In this document: positions 1 to 14,179 of the stretch, piece after piece
How positions within the stretch are numbered: position 1 is the first letter of the stretch
Layout: each line of letters begins with the position of its first letter
Assembly (NCBI GenBank): GCA_964035545.1
Contig: OZ037768.1
Location: 16,537,875 to 16,601,874, forward strand
DNA from: Bugula neritina
Taxonomy: Eukaryota; Animalia; Bryozoa
Direction: 5' to 3'
DNA: 64,000 nucleotides
The notes under the pieces: generated by a model
The model's input: the letters and a program-made list of their open reading frames with translations, nothing else
Databases searched by the model: none
What the model was told of the DNA's origin: nothing
Position numbers and translations under genes: made by a program

Positions 1-2621
1 ACATTAACTATGAATTATAATGATTGATAGTTTTGCCCCTGATGAAACAAGTTTCCCACCCCGAACGAATGAACTAACTATGGTGCAGTATTAAAGTGTT
101 TTGTGTGTTGTATATATTATACTCAGCATAAGTATGTAGCCCAATCACTAACACCTACATTATCATTATTTATGCAGAATTTCTATATATGATTATGCAT
201 GTAGATCCAGGAGTTGTGATGTAATATACCTAAATACCTGGCTTATTTTTCTATTGCTATATTTTTATATATGTTCTCATTTTTCATATAGTCTATATAA
301 TATGTAAATAATGCCTGTTTTGCAAGGCGTAGAATTGCTTAACAAAGTCTGAGAGTTTATCTAAGAATTGTCTTTTACAGAATAAATGCTACCAGCAAAG
401 AGAACTAAACAGTGTATCATATTTTAAGCTACACTCCACTAACCGCATTTATAAAACCAGTCACTTTAGAAATTCAGTATCAAAGGCTATATTAAAGTCA
501 TCTAATCATTTCAGTATTCACCATAGTAAAGGCGTAAAACCACGAGGGGGGGGGGTTAAAGGTGACCAAGGTGACTGGTGACAACTTGTAGTATTTTTAT
601 CATCTATCTTGTTTCATGTAGCTATACAGATATATTCTAAGTGATTGAAAAAGAGATGCGTTTTAGTGCTTTTCTTGCTCCTATGTAGTTAAATATGGTT
701 TTGCCTTGATTAAATTAATGGGTAGGCTATAAAAGGAGAGCATGATTACATAAGTAGTTTATTTGCACTGCTGTAGATATATATATACAGTGTAAGTTAA
801 TATGCTGTAGATACTGTTAGCATTGGTATATTTACTCAGCATAGTGTAACATCTTTTCTCTTTGAAGAGGTATTAAGTCTAAAAGTTTGACATTCCAATA
901 CAACGCAAAGCTGCAGTTACTATGCGATTTGTATTCCTTCGATCTATAATATTTGATTATTGATCAATTTAATTGCTTCATTCTTCAAATCAATTGTTAT
1001 GAACTTTAAGGTTAGGATAAGCACTGACCCAACTTGACATCAGATGCATGGGGAGCACAACTACCACAATCCATCTCTCTCATATAGGGAATTTTCAATA
1101 GCTAATACTTAATTGAAAAATCATGGTTTGTTAAAATGTTTCAAACAAACTTATCACATCCGCCTCTACAGTAATATGTGTATGCCTCAAAGTACATACT
1201 ACGTGCTATTGTAAGTTGCATCACATTTGCAGCAGCATGCTTATACTTCAGGCAGCAAGTTTTCATACAGCATGTAGCTGGAAGGAGAATTTTCAAATTA
1301 ATAATTTTTCTCTACTAGCTGTACTTATTCGCTGCCTGCACATACTAGCTCTAAGCCTTTGGTGCAAAATTTCGGTTATTGGTAAGGAAATCCATCAATC
1401 GTCTTTGAAAAACTTAGAAGCTAAAAACTATGTTCATGGCAGACTCATAGTCTTCTAATTAGACGAGGATTTCAAGTTGAATGGCCACAATAATCTATAG
1501 AAAATCTATAAAATAGTAGGACAATGCAAAATCATCAGTGCATTTAAGCAGTTAATAACCTTATACTATTCTACAGTTTAATGACAGCTTAGAAGTTGTA
1601 CAGTTTCATATGTTCAATACTTAATGTTTCCCAAGCTGTATCACTGTAGCATACGTGGCTCGCAATTAACTTTCAGGCTACTTAAAACTTTTAGTGATTT
1701 GGTGAAAAATTGTACATATCTGGAGTCCAATCATGCTTACCATAAATCTGAAATTTACCAAATTTGTTTTCTAGATGATATTATATTTTACTTGTACTAA
1801 AACTTCATAATTAATACGTATTATTATAGCTTATATATTGTTGATACTTTATATTTAGATATCAATATTTTAAACAATTTGTTTGACAAATATAAAATAC
1901 TTTTGAAAACTTGGCAATGCAATTATACTTGTTATACAAAAAATATAGAGCCAATGCTTTTATTAACTAGAAACTTTATAAAATACAAACTGAAATAACA
2001 TTATAACATAGGAATCATTTAGGTGTGGTGCAGATAAACGCAAATACATATAATGTGACTTGTTAATACACCATGTGTTTTAGTGACAAATGTTTGATGG
2101 GCACAATAAATTCAGGTGTTTTTCCACACAAGCACTCGTGGTGACAAAATGTAGTTTTGTTTAGTAAAGGTTTTCAAATAACTGTAAAAATAAGTTTAGA
2201 TTATTTCCCATATTCCCAGGCTAGTAGTGATATAACACTATCATATCATTGTACTCTTTATCTTTTACATTAAAACTTATATAATAGCATATAAAAATAG
2301 TATATATGTATTGAGCTCTATTGGTAATAATGACCTAGTGGTTTGCGTGAATTTGATGCCTCAACTAATTCATAAACTATTGATTGCTTAACTATACACA
2401 ATATATAATAATGAAATAATCTGCTGTGTTAGAGTGAAGTGGAAAGGCATTGACGTGCTGCTGTATTGTTATAGAAGTCAGCAACACTATTTTATTCATG
2501 AGCTGTTACTTAGTGATTCTCTAACTTGCAGTACAACAGTTCATGTCAATCATAAATAAGAAAATATTTCAACATTATCCTGTCACTATGTGGAAGTAGC
2601 CAATAGAGATATGCTTCTGGT

Positions 2622-4395
2622 TTATAAAGCTTGGTCTGCGTGCATATGAGCTTGAAAGAACCCATTAGTAGCATTTGGAGTTATTCCATCCTGCAGTTTA
2701 GTAATGCTGTAAGATGAATCACTTTTGCCAGAACTTTGAGATGATGACCGCTGCATCTAAAACATCATTTAACAGATGGTTCACTAAACCTATCAACTAT
2801 AAAACTGTATTATATATTTATATTATGCTTTTCATGTTTTAGTAGAATTACAGTGAATTAAAATGATTTGCTATACTAACCTTTATCCCTGATTCATTTG
2901 CAGAGCTGCTATTTTGATGGGAGTATTCCTCCATCTGCTTCCTTGAGAGCCTGTGGTGCTTAGAAGGTTTTGCTTTCTTTCCAGAAGATGTCCCGCTGCC
3001 ATTCATTCTAGCATAAGGCGTGCTGCTATCTACTTCAATGGGAGGAACCAAATATTCTGCTGCATCATTCCAGTCAATTACAGTCGGGCCTTCTGCGGCA
3101 CTGAACCCATTTAGCATCTCATATGGCTCTGATGATGCCAACACTTTGTGACCTTTTGAACTTCTATAGTCAGCAAACTGATTTCGCCGACTTTGTTTTG
3201 AAACTCTTGTTGCCGATTTCAAGTGATGATCAAATAGAATGGGTTCAGGCGTGGATGTCAATCCACTAGTGAAGGATTGACTTAAAGGTTGACCTGCTGC
3301 ACTTGGAGGCTGTGCTATGCCGTAAACACCATTGCTTTCAGACATTGCATTACTTGTAAAACCCTTGTAGTAACTGGCAGCTTGTTGTGTTGGAACTTTA
3401 TGGAAAGACTGCTGCATAATTACACTGTTTGATCGACTGTTCACAATAAACTCTTCTGGTTTAGGCGCCATAACCACCATCCTGGGTGTTACTGGTGCAC
3501 TGTGGGATATCGGATACTGGTCTCTCTTCATGACAAGACTTGGTGACTGATACTCAGGCTCAGACTGTCTAAAGGAATGTTGAGGATGACGAAATGATGT
3601 TTTACTTTCTGGAATATACTTTGTTACTCCGGTAGTGGAACGCGAAACATATTTACTAGCTTTTTTAGTTGCTTGTTGCTTACCCAAGCTTTTATTTTTT
3701 GACAGATCATTTTGGTTTGCGGAAGTTTCCTTCTCTTTCACCTCTGGTTGTTTTGCAAGTTGCTTGTCTCTTTCCTCTGTCTCAAGTTTCAACTTCTTCA
3801 AGCTAACTTCCTCATCTACCATTTGCATAGTATAAGACATTTTAGCATCCAGGAATCGTTTGTCACTAATTGGATTATTCCAGCCGGCCTTGTTGGTGTA
3901 CGCGTATTGACACGCACGCACCAGTTCCTGTGCTGCAGAAACATGATCGATCAGAAACGAATGGCACATAAGTACTCGGCGTCCATCTTTGCCAGGTTCT
4001 CGCACCACAAACGAAAATATTGGTCGTTTAGCAAGTCTTGTTGGCTCATTAAACTGTCTAAAAACTATTTCTCCTTTTTTATTCCTATCTGGTTTCAATC
4101 CCGCTGAACAATAAAGGTTTTGAATCGGGTACCAATCTATAATGTTGCGTGGTGATTTCCATTCTTGCTTAATGACTATGCCACTGTTGTAGATGAAAAT
4201 CTTCACAACAGGCGTAGTCAGTTGTATTATATCTTTTCTCTTGCGACTAACCTGAGAGTAGAGTTTGGTTAATGGCTCTAGTATAATGCTCTCACCTTGT
4301 GTGGTGGACTGAGGTATTTCTCTCCCCAAATATCGACCTTCACATACAGCTAAAGGTTCTTGATTGGAATTCTCTTTCGTACTTCTAGAACTCAT
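2622..4395 (-). CDS. PTB/PID-domain protein with long low-complexity C-terminus; exons 4395-2881 and 2756-2622
   Basis: 515-aa ORF with PTB-like N-terminus (GRYLG...IFSFVVR...LMCHSFL...ELVRACQYAY). Donor AAG|GTTAGT at 2880 and acceptor TTTTAG| at 2757 join in phase 0 to a 45-codon terminal exon (MQRSSSQ...DQAL*). Confidence 0.75.
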
Positions 4396-6734
4396 TTTTT
4401 CTATCCAGCAATCATTGGCACTGATGTAAGCAGTAGATTGCTCAGTAAGCAGGGAACTATTCTTCAGTGAGTGTGGCTAGATGTACGCTTGTAGTTCTAC
4501 CTTTTCAGTGCATGCATATAGTGAAGTTGTTAATTGTATATATAGCTGCACTGCGCTTGCTCACTAATATTGACTGCATAGGCACAGCAATATTCACTTA
4601 TTGTGGAGAACAGTGAAAACATTAAACACAATGCTAGCACATTCCATAGACTTCTTATAAATGTTTTGCACAATACGCATATTGAATTTGATCATTGGAA
4701 ATCTTGTGTTACTCTGTAATATTATATTCTATACCTAAATCTATACATTAATGATCTCGTCAGTGAATGAACAAACGACCCCATTTTCTTGCTTCATTGC
4801 TAATAATGAATAGATTATAATCATAATCAGCCATTTACGTGCAGTATGTTGAATAAGAATGACAAATAGATCTTTAAAAAGTGATAGTAGAAAGTATTTC
4901 AGTTTCACCTTGTTATTGTGCTGCTCTAATAGCCTGTAGCTTATAAAATACTTCACTCAACATGATTAGCATATGGAAGAGCTTATAAGCTGCACATGAA
5001 GCTGTTTACTTAGTATTGATATTACAGTGTTACTTGTTTAAAATATCTTCCAATTGTCACTGATTTTGTGTGTCCATGCATTTCTCAACAGACCTTATTG
5101 AACAGGCAATTAAGTTGATATAGTTAAAGCATAATTACACAAGTACAATTGATATACTGTTGTTTTGGTTAGCACATATAATATTACTATAATGCTATTA
5201 CAATGTATTCTAGGATAATGTACTAAATACGAGTTTATTGTTTGATGGATATATTATAGTCGTAGTATAATCAGCAAGGCTGCTGGCGCATGACCAATCA
5301 GGTGTGGTATCTTTTAGCGACATTGCTGAAGCTAACCCAGGAAAATGTTCTTCAGAAAAGTTAACCCATTCCAATAACATGACATGCTGCGCCATCACTA
5401 TGAGTGCATACTTTGCATTATATACAAATTCATTCATGCATGCGTTTCAAAATTTAGTTTAGCATTCAACACCCATCTTACGCAAATTAGACACAAAAGC
5501 GTGATGCGTCTAAGTACATGCTGCAGAGGAAGTCATTCTACAAACTTTAATGACCAACACCTACAATATGTGCATACATTAAGCTACTGTCAAAAAAAGC
5601 ACGAATATACCAATGTAAAAACTCTGACAAGGACTTCGATGGTATAGGTTGAATGTTATATCAGCCCATTGAATACTTTGGCATACAAGCAATAATTACG
5701 GGACAGTCTTCACATCAACACCAACAGTCGTGATTATGTTCAATCCAACAGCCTTGCAGCACTCATCATGCCAAAGTTTCTCTACCCTTGGATCAACCCT
5801 GCTTCCACACTATATCATTATATACTATACTTTTACATGCCTGTCTACTCTTAACTCAGTTTGTAACGCTGACCAATATAGTACAAAATGTATACTTAGC
5901 ACAAAGATATTTTAAGATTTATATTAAACTGTTAGTAATAATAATTATCACAACATATTTTTATTAGACGGTTGCTAAAATATGGAATTATTATACAATG
6001 CACATATTAATGTACATATATTTAATGCTTTCTTGAACATATGCATTTGCAACTATATCATTGGCACTAAAATTATAATTCAGCAGATATTTTTTTAGCT
6101 CAAATTTTTTGCAGTCTATTTTAGTTAATTATGTGTATATATTATTTGTTGGCTAACAGATATGACTTTCTTTCAGTCCATTATCACACATAGGATTACT
6201 CGAGAAGAAAAATATCTGGACTCTGCATTAATAAGAGCTCTAACATATTGGGTTTGGGTTGGTGATAGCAATTGAGCTATTTCCAAGTACTTGGCTGATT
6301 GGGCAAGTTTATAGTCTTACAAATTAAGTTGTCTGCAATTTACACATTGCCACTATGACTTTATTGATAAAATGGTGAACACAACTCCCATTATTTGAAA
6401 CCGGTCAATTATCATTGGAGGAAATATTTATTCATTCAACTCTTGTTTTTGAATGAAGACCAAACTCTTAAAGAACTTTTAATCAATTTAATTAAATAAA
6501 ATTGATATGCACTAATGATGTTAAGTACAAAATTAGGTCATTTATGTACATTACAACAATAACTATAGAAGAATACAATTTATTGTACATTTTAAAGTAA
6601 TTTATTGGAAAAGAGTACCATGCTTCTTTCTCTTATATGTCTTTGAAAAATGCTTTTAAAGCTGAAAATGATATGAACTATTTTGAAATAAGTCATCCTG
6701 ATACCATGACTGCAACTTTTGATCATTCTATAAG

Positions 6735-6802
6735 TTGAATGTAGAATGCAGATTGTTGAATGTAGAATGTAGAATGCAGAATGTAGATTGTAGAATGTAG
6801 AA
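6735..6802. repeat. short 7-bp tandem repeat (TGTAGAA-like)
   Basis: Degenerate TGTAGAA/TGCAGAA/TGTAGAT units visible directly. Confidence 0.7.
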
Positions 6803-7559
6803 CCTACCTTAAATCGAAGTTACAACCTACGCATTTCCCAACTTTTTTTGTTGGTCATTTCTATAACAAAATGTGCATCAAATTAAAGTTGCCCACCCTC
6901 TTCTCAATATGCCATTTTATAAATAGCTCCAAATAAATACTGCTCATTTTCTTTGATATAATTATTCATATAATTAAAATATTGCCTTATTTGAACCTAA
7001 ACACTAAATACACATTTCCGCATGTCTTTATTTAGATGTGCAGATTGCACTTGCTCCTTGACAACATAATTATATGTGACCGAAAATTTGTATTAAAAGT
7101 TGCAAAATTAATCAGATAGTAGGCTATCAATTGGTAAACCATACATTAATTGGAAGTTGCCTACCAACTTTCTAAAGTTATTTATTTCCTCTGAAATATG
7201 TCATATTATATGTTAGTGTATTATTATTGTGCTAATTTTACAAATTTTCCATTTTTGTACATAAAAGATAATAAATATACCAATATTGTTGATACAAAAA
7301 TGTAACATTAAAGCATTGCGTATCATATAAGATAGAGTATTTTTAATAATAAATTTAATTTCAAAAATCGAAGCTTGTTGCCATGATTGCCATTGCTTAC
7401 ATTCTGATTGTTGAACTCATCTTAAACTTTGTTCAAATAAAATTCTGCGAATAATTTCTTTTTATAGAAGCTATTTCTCAGATTTATTAAGACTATTGTA
7501 CAATTCGACTTTATAATCATAATTATAGCTGCTGTCTTACTTATTGTGTGATTTGATCT

Positions 7560-9130
7560 TCAAAATGCAGGTAACACATTTTTATATTGTATTTAGTATA
7601 TGGTATATTTTTAGCAAATTAATCAAAGCTAAACAACATTTTAACACTAAACTAATGAAAACTACGATTTTAGTACTTTAGTTTAATATAGAAAAAAATT
7701 TACATATATGTTTTTATAAACTAGGTATTTATCTGAAACTGTAGTGTAAGAATCAAATGGCATTAAAATTGCATATAGTGCATATCATTTATATTTTATG
7801 TTGCTGCTGTTCAAGTTTAACTTATACTTATGCAAGATTCAAATTTTACTTTGTAGGTTTGGATTGGACTGGACTAATTTTGACTTCTGTACTTATGATG
7901 GGCCTATCAGCCTACCGTATCAGTGACAATCAGTAAGTGTAGTATAATTATTGAGAATATAAATAATAGTAATGTAATATGAATTTCCGTAAGCTAAATA
8001 TACACTGCAAACACACCACTTTTTATAGTGTAGGAGATGTATATTATAAGAACTTGCATTTGAATAAAAATTATTTAATCATATTCGAACATATAACTAT
8101 GCATGATACTATGTTATGTTATGTGTAAGTCCCAACAAGCACCTCTCCTGCCAAGATGTATGAAAACCTGTTATCCAAGAAAGAATGATAATGAAGAGAC
8201 GAGTGAACCTGAATGCATTGACTCCATGTCTGTGTCACCTTATGTGTCTGATATTGAGAGAGAATAGAGTCAGTAGAGAGGAGAATATGGAGATAGTGAC
8301 TCATCGTCTATAACTCATACTCCAACTCCTTTCACCTCAGGAATAGTGATTCACTGTAGGAGGATATATAAAAAGTATGTCAAACATACACACAGCCTCT
8401 GTTAAAGTTCCAAAACTACGGAAGGCTAATAAAAAACCATTGTTCAGTTCATTTAAACTTATAGTTTAATGAAAATTATATACTTCTGACCTGTTAACTA
8501 TAATATCCCAATAACTGTAGAATTCAATACAATACTGCAAGCCTGTATTAGTATGAACATAAACTAGCGACTGGCTAACATATGCCAACACTTACTTCTT
8601 ATCAATAAACATAATTATTAATGCAAGCTAGTCTCGTGACCTTTGAGCATTAAAGTCATATTCAGTACAAGTTGTACAAGTTCTAGTCAGTTTGATTTTC
8701 ACCTAAGGACATTGAACTATTTTGAAAGACAACTCCAATTTTTCTTACACGCAATGTTTTATCTCTCATAAATAATACTAATAAAGTGTTATGTATATCT
8801 TTGTGTCATTAATTCACCTCCAAGACTCTATTTTGTATTTTGTGGTGCTATTAGGAAGTCTCAGAACAAATATCCAAGACACATGAGTCCTTGGCATCCA
8901 GAGATGATTGGAAGAGAACTTGAAGTGAATCTGTGGGCTCAACTATGTTAGTCTCTCCTTTTGTGTCAGACATAGAAGTCTCAGATGATGGAAAATATGG
9001 TTGTATAAAACCAAAATTAGCTGGTTTTACCAGACATACCTTATATACAATTTCTTCAATATAACAAAGCCCATCATTTGGTGGTCTTTCAAGTGGATGC
9101 ATTTCATATACTATTGGCAGCTTTTTCAAA
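7560..9130 (+). repeat. low-copy repeat, copy A (zinc-finger-associated upstream module, here without a ZF CDS)
   Basis: Collinear blocks shared with 14180-15700, 56840-58040 and (inverted) 62985-64000, e.g. GAGTGAACCTGAATGCATTGACTCCATGTC (copies A-C) and GAAGTCTCAGATGATG. Confidence 0.8.
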
Positions 9131-11182
9131 GTATGTCACAACTGAGCTTCGAAAGATCTAAAGCATTTTTCAATCAGACAGTATACTGAAAAAGTCATGT
9201 TTATACTTGCTTTAATCTGACTTCATCATTATATATAGTATATTTATTTTTGTCACACAACTTTGATAATACCTTTCTGCTGTAAATTATTTTATGAATA
9301 TATAATGGTAATATGTACCTGTTCTCCACAACCAACTAGGTATGCAAACTATATTAGCTTATATAGATTTTTCTTTCCTATGCACTATATTTAGCAGCTT
9401 AGCAATGCTTCATGCTGTATTATTTTAGTAATTGTCTAAAATTAATCTAGAATTTTAGCTGAAGCTGAATGTTTCATTTATTGCGATAAAATGTGTTGAA
9501 ACCAAGTAGTACATATTCTCATAAAGAGTATTTATTCTGTTACAATTTAGTTTCATTTTGGTGTATCTTGATATTATATAAAGCTTATAAATTTATACTA
9601 CACACATTATAAGTTGCATTTCAAAAGTAATATATAGAGTTTTGTTAATCAAAATTCTTTGAAAAATAAAAAAATATAATTTAAATAGTTTATATTACTT
9701 AAGCCAATTTAAGTTAATTTCATCAGTCCTTATACATACATACAAACTGACTTATCTTTGCTTTGCAAAATATTAAAAGAAAACATCAATACAGTATAAT
9801 ATTATCATGCCATATTGCAGTGTATATTGGAATACTGGTAGGTTTAGTTTATACCTAAATGTTGTAACATGATATATAATCATATAGCATCCCAAGCTTT
9901 GCACTAAAACTTGGTATTATAGTAGACAAGTGCTATATCAGGGTACAGTGAAAAGTCTTAATATAATAAATCTTCAAAGGAATGTATGACAGGATTTTGA
10001 TCATGTGATTCAGAGTTTGAGCTACCAACATCTAAAGTTAAAACAACTATATGAAGTTGTTTTAACTTTAGATCTTGCTGAAATGGTCATGCTAAGATTC
10101 TATATTATAGATAAACCATTATTATCGGTGGTGATCATTTAGCATTTATAGAGCCATTGTGTGTTTCCAGTTTTTAACTTAGTCTTTGTAGATTAAAGCT
10201 GCTAAAACAATACAAATATACTTTCATGTTTCATAGGTATTAATATTCAAATAGCTAATTGCTCCAGAAAATGTAACTAATAATAACTTATTGTTATGTA
10301 ATAGTTTAATTACATAATAATGGAAGGTTATTTGGTCCACTTTTGCTGCTCATCATTTCTCAATTTAAGCAAAAAAATAATCAAAAATAAAATAAGAATG
10401 CTCACATCTGAAAATGCAGTGAAATATTATAGATGGGTATATATTTATTATATGTGCCTATACCAGGTTTTGACAAATTCCTGAAACTAACAGATATTCC
10501 GGGTTAACTATTATGCATCACACATGCGATATAATACCACAAAGTTGACTATATAGTTTGTACAGCTGTTAGTTGGTGCAAATAAAGCTTCATAATAAGT
10601 AACCTACTCAAACAGGTTTATCATCGGTTTTTCTGGACCTTTAATGAAAAATAACTTTTAGGCTGGCTAAGGCTTCTTAATTTCAATATTGTGACTTAAA
10701 GGAGCTATAGATGCTCTTTTTTTAACATGAAAAATTGTTTTTACTGAGGATCCAAGCACTAAACCTTTGTTTACTAAGTCAGCACTATAATATAACCTCT
10801 ATGCTGCCTGTTTCCTTAATTTAATATCAATTTATCTATTGATTTATTAAATGCACAAAATAATAGCTGAGCCTAATGTAACAGAGTTGCTGAGAATAGT
10901 CAATTAGATACTTAAAAGATGGTAGTTTGCTTGATAAACATCTACCACATCAAAAACATCCCCAAACTTAAAATTGGCTAAGATATTATAGGATATATTA
11001 TATTATTTCAAAGCTTTTATCTTTTAGATTAGTGAATAAACTCTGCTTTAAACCATATAAGAGCTTGATCTTCCTTTACTGGTACCTTTATATATTCACT
11101 ATATCATTTATATGTGTTTATATTGAAATTTGGTTACATAATAACACTACTTCTAAAGGAGCTGTGTGCAGAGTGAATGAGT

Positions 11183-11190
11183 ATATAAGT
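11183..11190 (+). promoter_or_regulatory. TATA box of Ly6/three-finger gene
   Basis: TATATAAG about 65 bp upstream of the ATG at 11250, with an initiator-like TCATT about 30 bp downstream of it. Confidence 0.5.
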
Positions 11191-11249
11191 TGGTGAGAAA
11201 CAGAATATTATCATTCACTGAGAAGACATTCTACAGAATACCAGACAGG

Positions 11250-11968
11250 ATGAACAAGCTACTTCTACTCGCTCTCTTTGTTGGCAAGTTTATTATAATT
11301 CTTATTTATTAATTATTATTTGTTTTTTTTTTTATAAAATTTCTTATTTTAAATTTTTATTATCATCAATAGACAAAAAATATTTAGCCTTTGCTAAAAA
11401 TAATTATTGTGGAAATTTATTAATTTCACAGCAACTCTTGCAAGCACAAACGCCATCAAGTGTTACCAATGTACTGACTGTGCAGCTGAAGCTAATGAAG
11501 ATGACCTGTCTGATTGTGCTAGCTACTTGACTGCCTGCTACATCACTGAAGGTAATTCTAGTAATTTCTTTCATAAACCTTTACCTTAAATTATCATTTA
11601 ATAAACTTTAATAAAATTAACGCCTGTGTGTATCATAAAATAATTGTCAATATTGCATTTATATGATATGCAATATTGGTAAACTTATTTAGAAAAGTTT
11701 TTAATTGTAAATTATTTTAAAATTACTCTATACATTCATCAGGAAGAAGTTTTATTTATGCATTTTGCTATTTTTACCAACTTTAGAAGTAAATGGAGAC
11801 ACCACAACTTACCACAGAGGATGCAGTTTTGTCCCAGCCAATTTAGAGGCAGATGATTGTGAGAAAATAGTGAATTCATTTGTTAATGATGGAATTGACC
11901 ACCTTAGATGTCATTGTGATGAAGATGCATGTAATGATAAGATGAAGGAGATCACAACTACCATCTAA
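11250..11968 (+). CDS. secreted Ly6/uPAR (three-finger, Quiver/sleepless-like) protein; exons 11250-11283, 11432-11551, 11787-11968
   Basis: Spliced product MNKLLLLALFVATLASTNA-IKCYQCTDC...SDC...TAC...RGC...DDC...RCHCDEDACN: signal peptide plus 10 Cys ending in CN. Both introns are phase 1; the first donor is GC (G|GCAAGT). AATAAA follows the stop. Confidence 0.85.
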
Positions 11969-13715
11969 TAAATTCCACAAGATGATAATATTGTTGACGA
12001 TGACTGGAATGATTATATGGACTATGATATTCATATGAAAGCAAAATTACAAATAAATTTCTTGTATCACATCTATTATTTTGTCTCATTTATTCTAGTT
12101 TATATATTCTAGTAATTATACTTGTCTGCAATTCGAAAAATAACCGGTAATTTCAAAAATGTTTCCCTCAGCTTATGCAGTCGCTTGAGTGTCCATGTAT
12201 TTAATTTACACAGCAGTTGTTGGGTAAAATATGATCTGATGGATATTTACATACAAGATACGTAGGTATGTTCAAATTCTAAGATAAGAGTATAGCATTG
12301 CTTGTTATGAAACCGAACACAATGCTCATTAATACGTTATTAATTTACACCCGCACAAAAGCAAACAAGGAAAATAATTTTTTTATAACAACAATAATCC
12401 AAAATTTTTTATGTGGCGGACATGTTACATAAAACTTTAGAAATAAAAATAGCAAATTATATCAACAATACCATCATGACAATAGCATCATATGGTTATT
12501 TTTTAAATTGGCTTTTTATAAAGTATATACCTACTAATTTAACTACAAAGTCGCATTAAAAAGTTCAACGAGATTTTACATGTTAAGTTTCTAGCTCCAA
12601 ATTATGACTCATTATTCAATTGACATGTTATACTAAGTGATTGAAGCCATATAAAAAGCTCAATTTGTTCCAATCTAAAATTGACAGATTTTAATAGCAG
12701 AAAATGTTTTCGAAACCAAGTTGTAAAAGTTTTTTTAATCAAGTTTGAAATAATCATTATTTAATATAACATTATTTTGGTTCAGCACACTATTATAGTA
12801 TTTATAGAATAATTTAGCTCTTTGAATGTGAAAATCTATGACATTTTCTATGCTTGTAAAATAATGATACTGATTGAAAACATATAAAAGTAAAATGTTT
12901 AAAAAATTGTGACTAGAAGATTTTAGGTGGGCGGTTAGAGCCCATGTCTAATGTGAAAGAGTTTCAACCAAACTTTTTTAAAAAAAAACTGACAAACTCA
13001 AGCTAGAGTGCGTAATACTGGCAAACACAAGGTTGAGTGCTCAAGTAAGTTCAGGAGTGACAAATCTTTTTTGAATTGTTTTTATTAATAAACGCCCCAA
13101 CTTTAATTATAAAAAAAAATTAGGTTTGAACTAAAACTTGTTTAAAACTCTTCTAAACTCAAGCCAAGGTTATGAAGTATCTACAGGAGTGACAAACTTT
13201 GTTATCAGCTAAAATTTGCATGAAACAGTGAATAACTTGCTTTATACATGCGTACATTATGTGTTGTTATGAACATTGAAAATTACGTTTCTTTTGTACC
13301 ACAGAATTATTATTTTAAGTTTTTCAACAAGGAGTGCTGGAATAAGAAGAATGGTAAGCTTTAAAAATAATATTTTGAATGTTGAAAACAACGGTATATT
13401 TACTATGCTTCATCACCATTTGTTTATGCATACATATTAGCACTTACTGAGCTAAAAGTTTATGAAGTAAGTTCGCAGATATGTGAATGAAGAAATGTGC
13501 AGTAGATATATTGTAAGGGTTTTTCATAGTGTATTAATTTTATTATTAGTAGATTATTAGTATTTTATATTTGTATCAAAAGGATACTTCTCGCCGGCAG
13601 TTACATGATGCATCTAGCATCATGCCACTAGGATGGCCTGATCGTCTTGGCCAATGAAAGAGGACTGGCAGTTAATTAGTGGGAGTAGCTGCAAACTGTA
13701 GTAGAAGCTAGTTAG

Positions 13716-13870
13716 GCGGTGACACGACATTTCACAAATGTCAATTCAAAAACACCCATTTCGAAAAAGACAATTCCCAAATTGACAATTAATTCCCAAA
13801 TTGACAATTAATAAATTGACTTTTAGAAAAAAGACAATTCTAAAAATGACATTTCACAAATGATACGGCC
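13716..13870. mobile_element. terminal fragment of a non-autonomous DNA transposon with ~15-bp subterminal repeats (MULE-like)
   Basis: GG start followed by repeated GACATTTCACAAAT / GACAATTCCCAAATT units; partner end not found. Confidence 0.35.
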
Positions 13871-14179
13871 CAGTTGGGTGTGAGCTCGACCGGGTCGAGA
13901 ATAAGTTCATAAAAACGTGGGCAATAAGTTAAAACTGAAAAGTAAGAAGAAAATGAAATATGGTTAATAAAATTAAATAACATATAATGTACATAGTATT
14001 TGTGGTTATCTAATATTGTAATATTATTACTGCATGCTGTAATAGCTTTTATATACTAACTATTAGTTCCCCCTTTATGCTACCTAATTATTGACCTCCA
14101 ATCAGCGAATTTCTGTTACTACAATGCATATAACTCAGCTGTTTAGTTGGTGTCTGACTCATTGTGTTATCTGCTTTCT

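Noticed and set aside
3635-4107. Antisense ORFs over the PTB gene, and similar ones over the ZF, Polinton and Gypsy ORFs
   Set aside because: Shadow frames of real coding sequence with no independent motifs.
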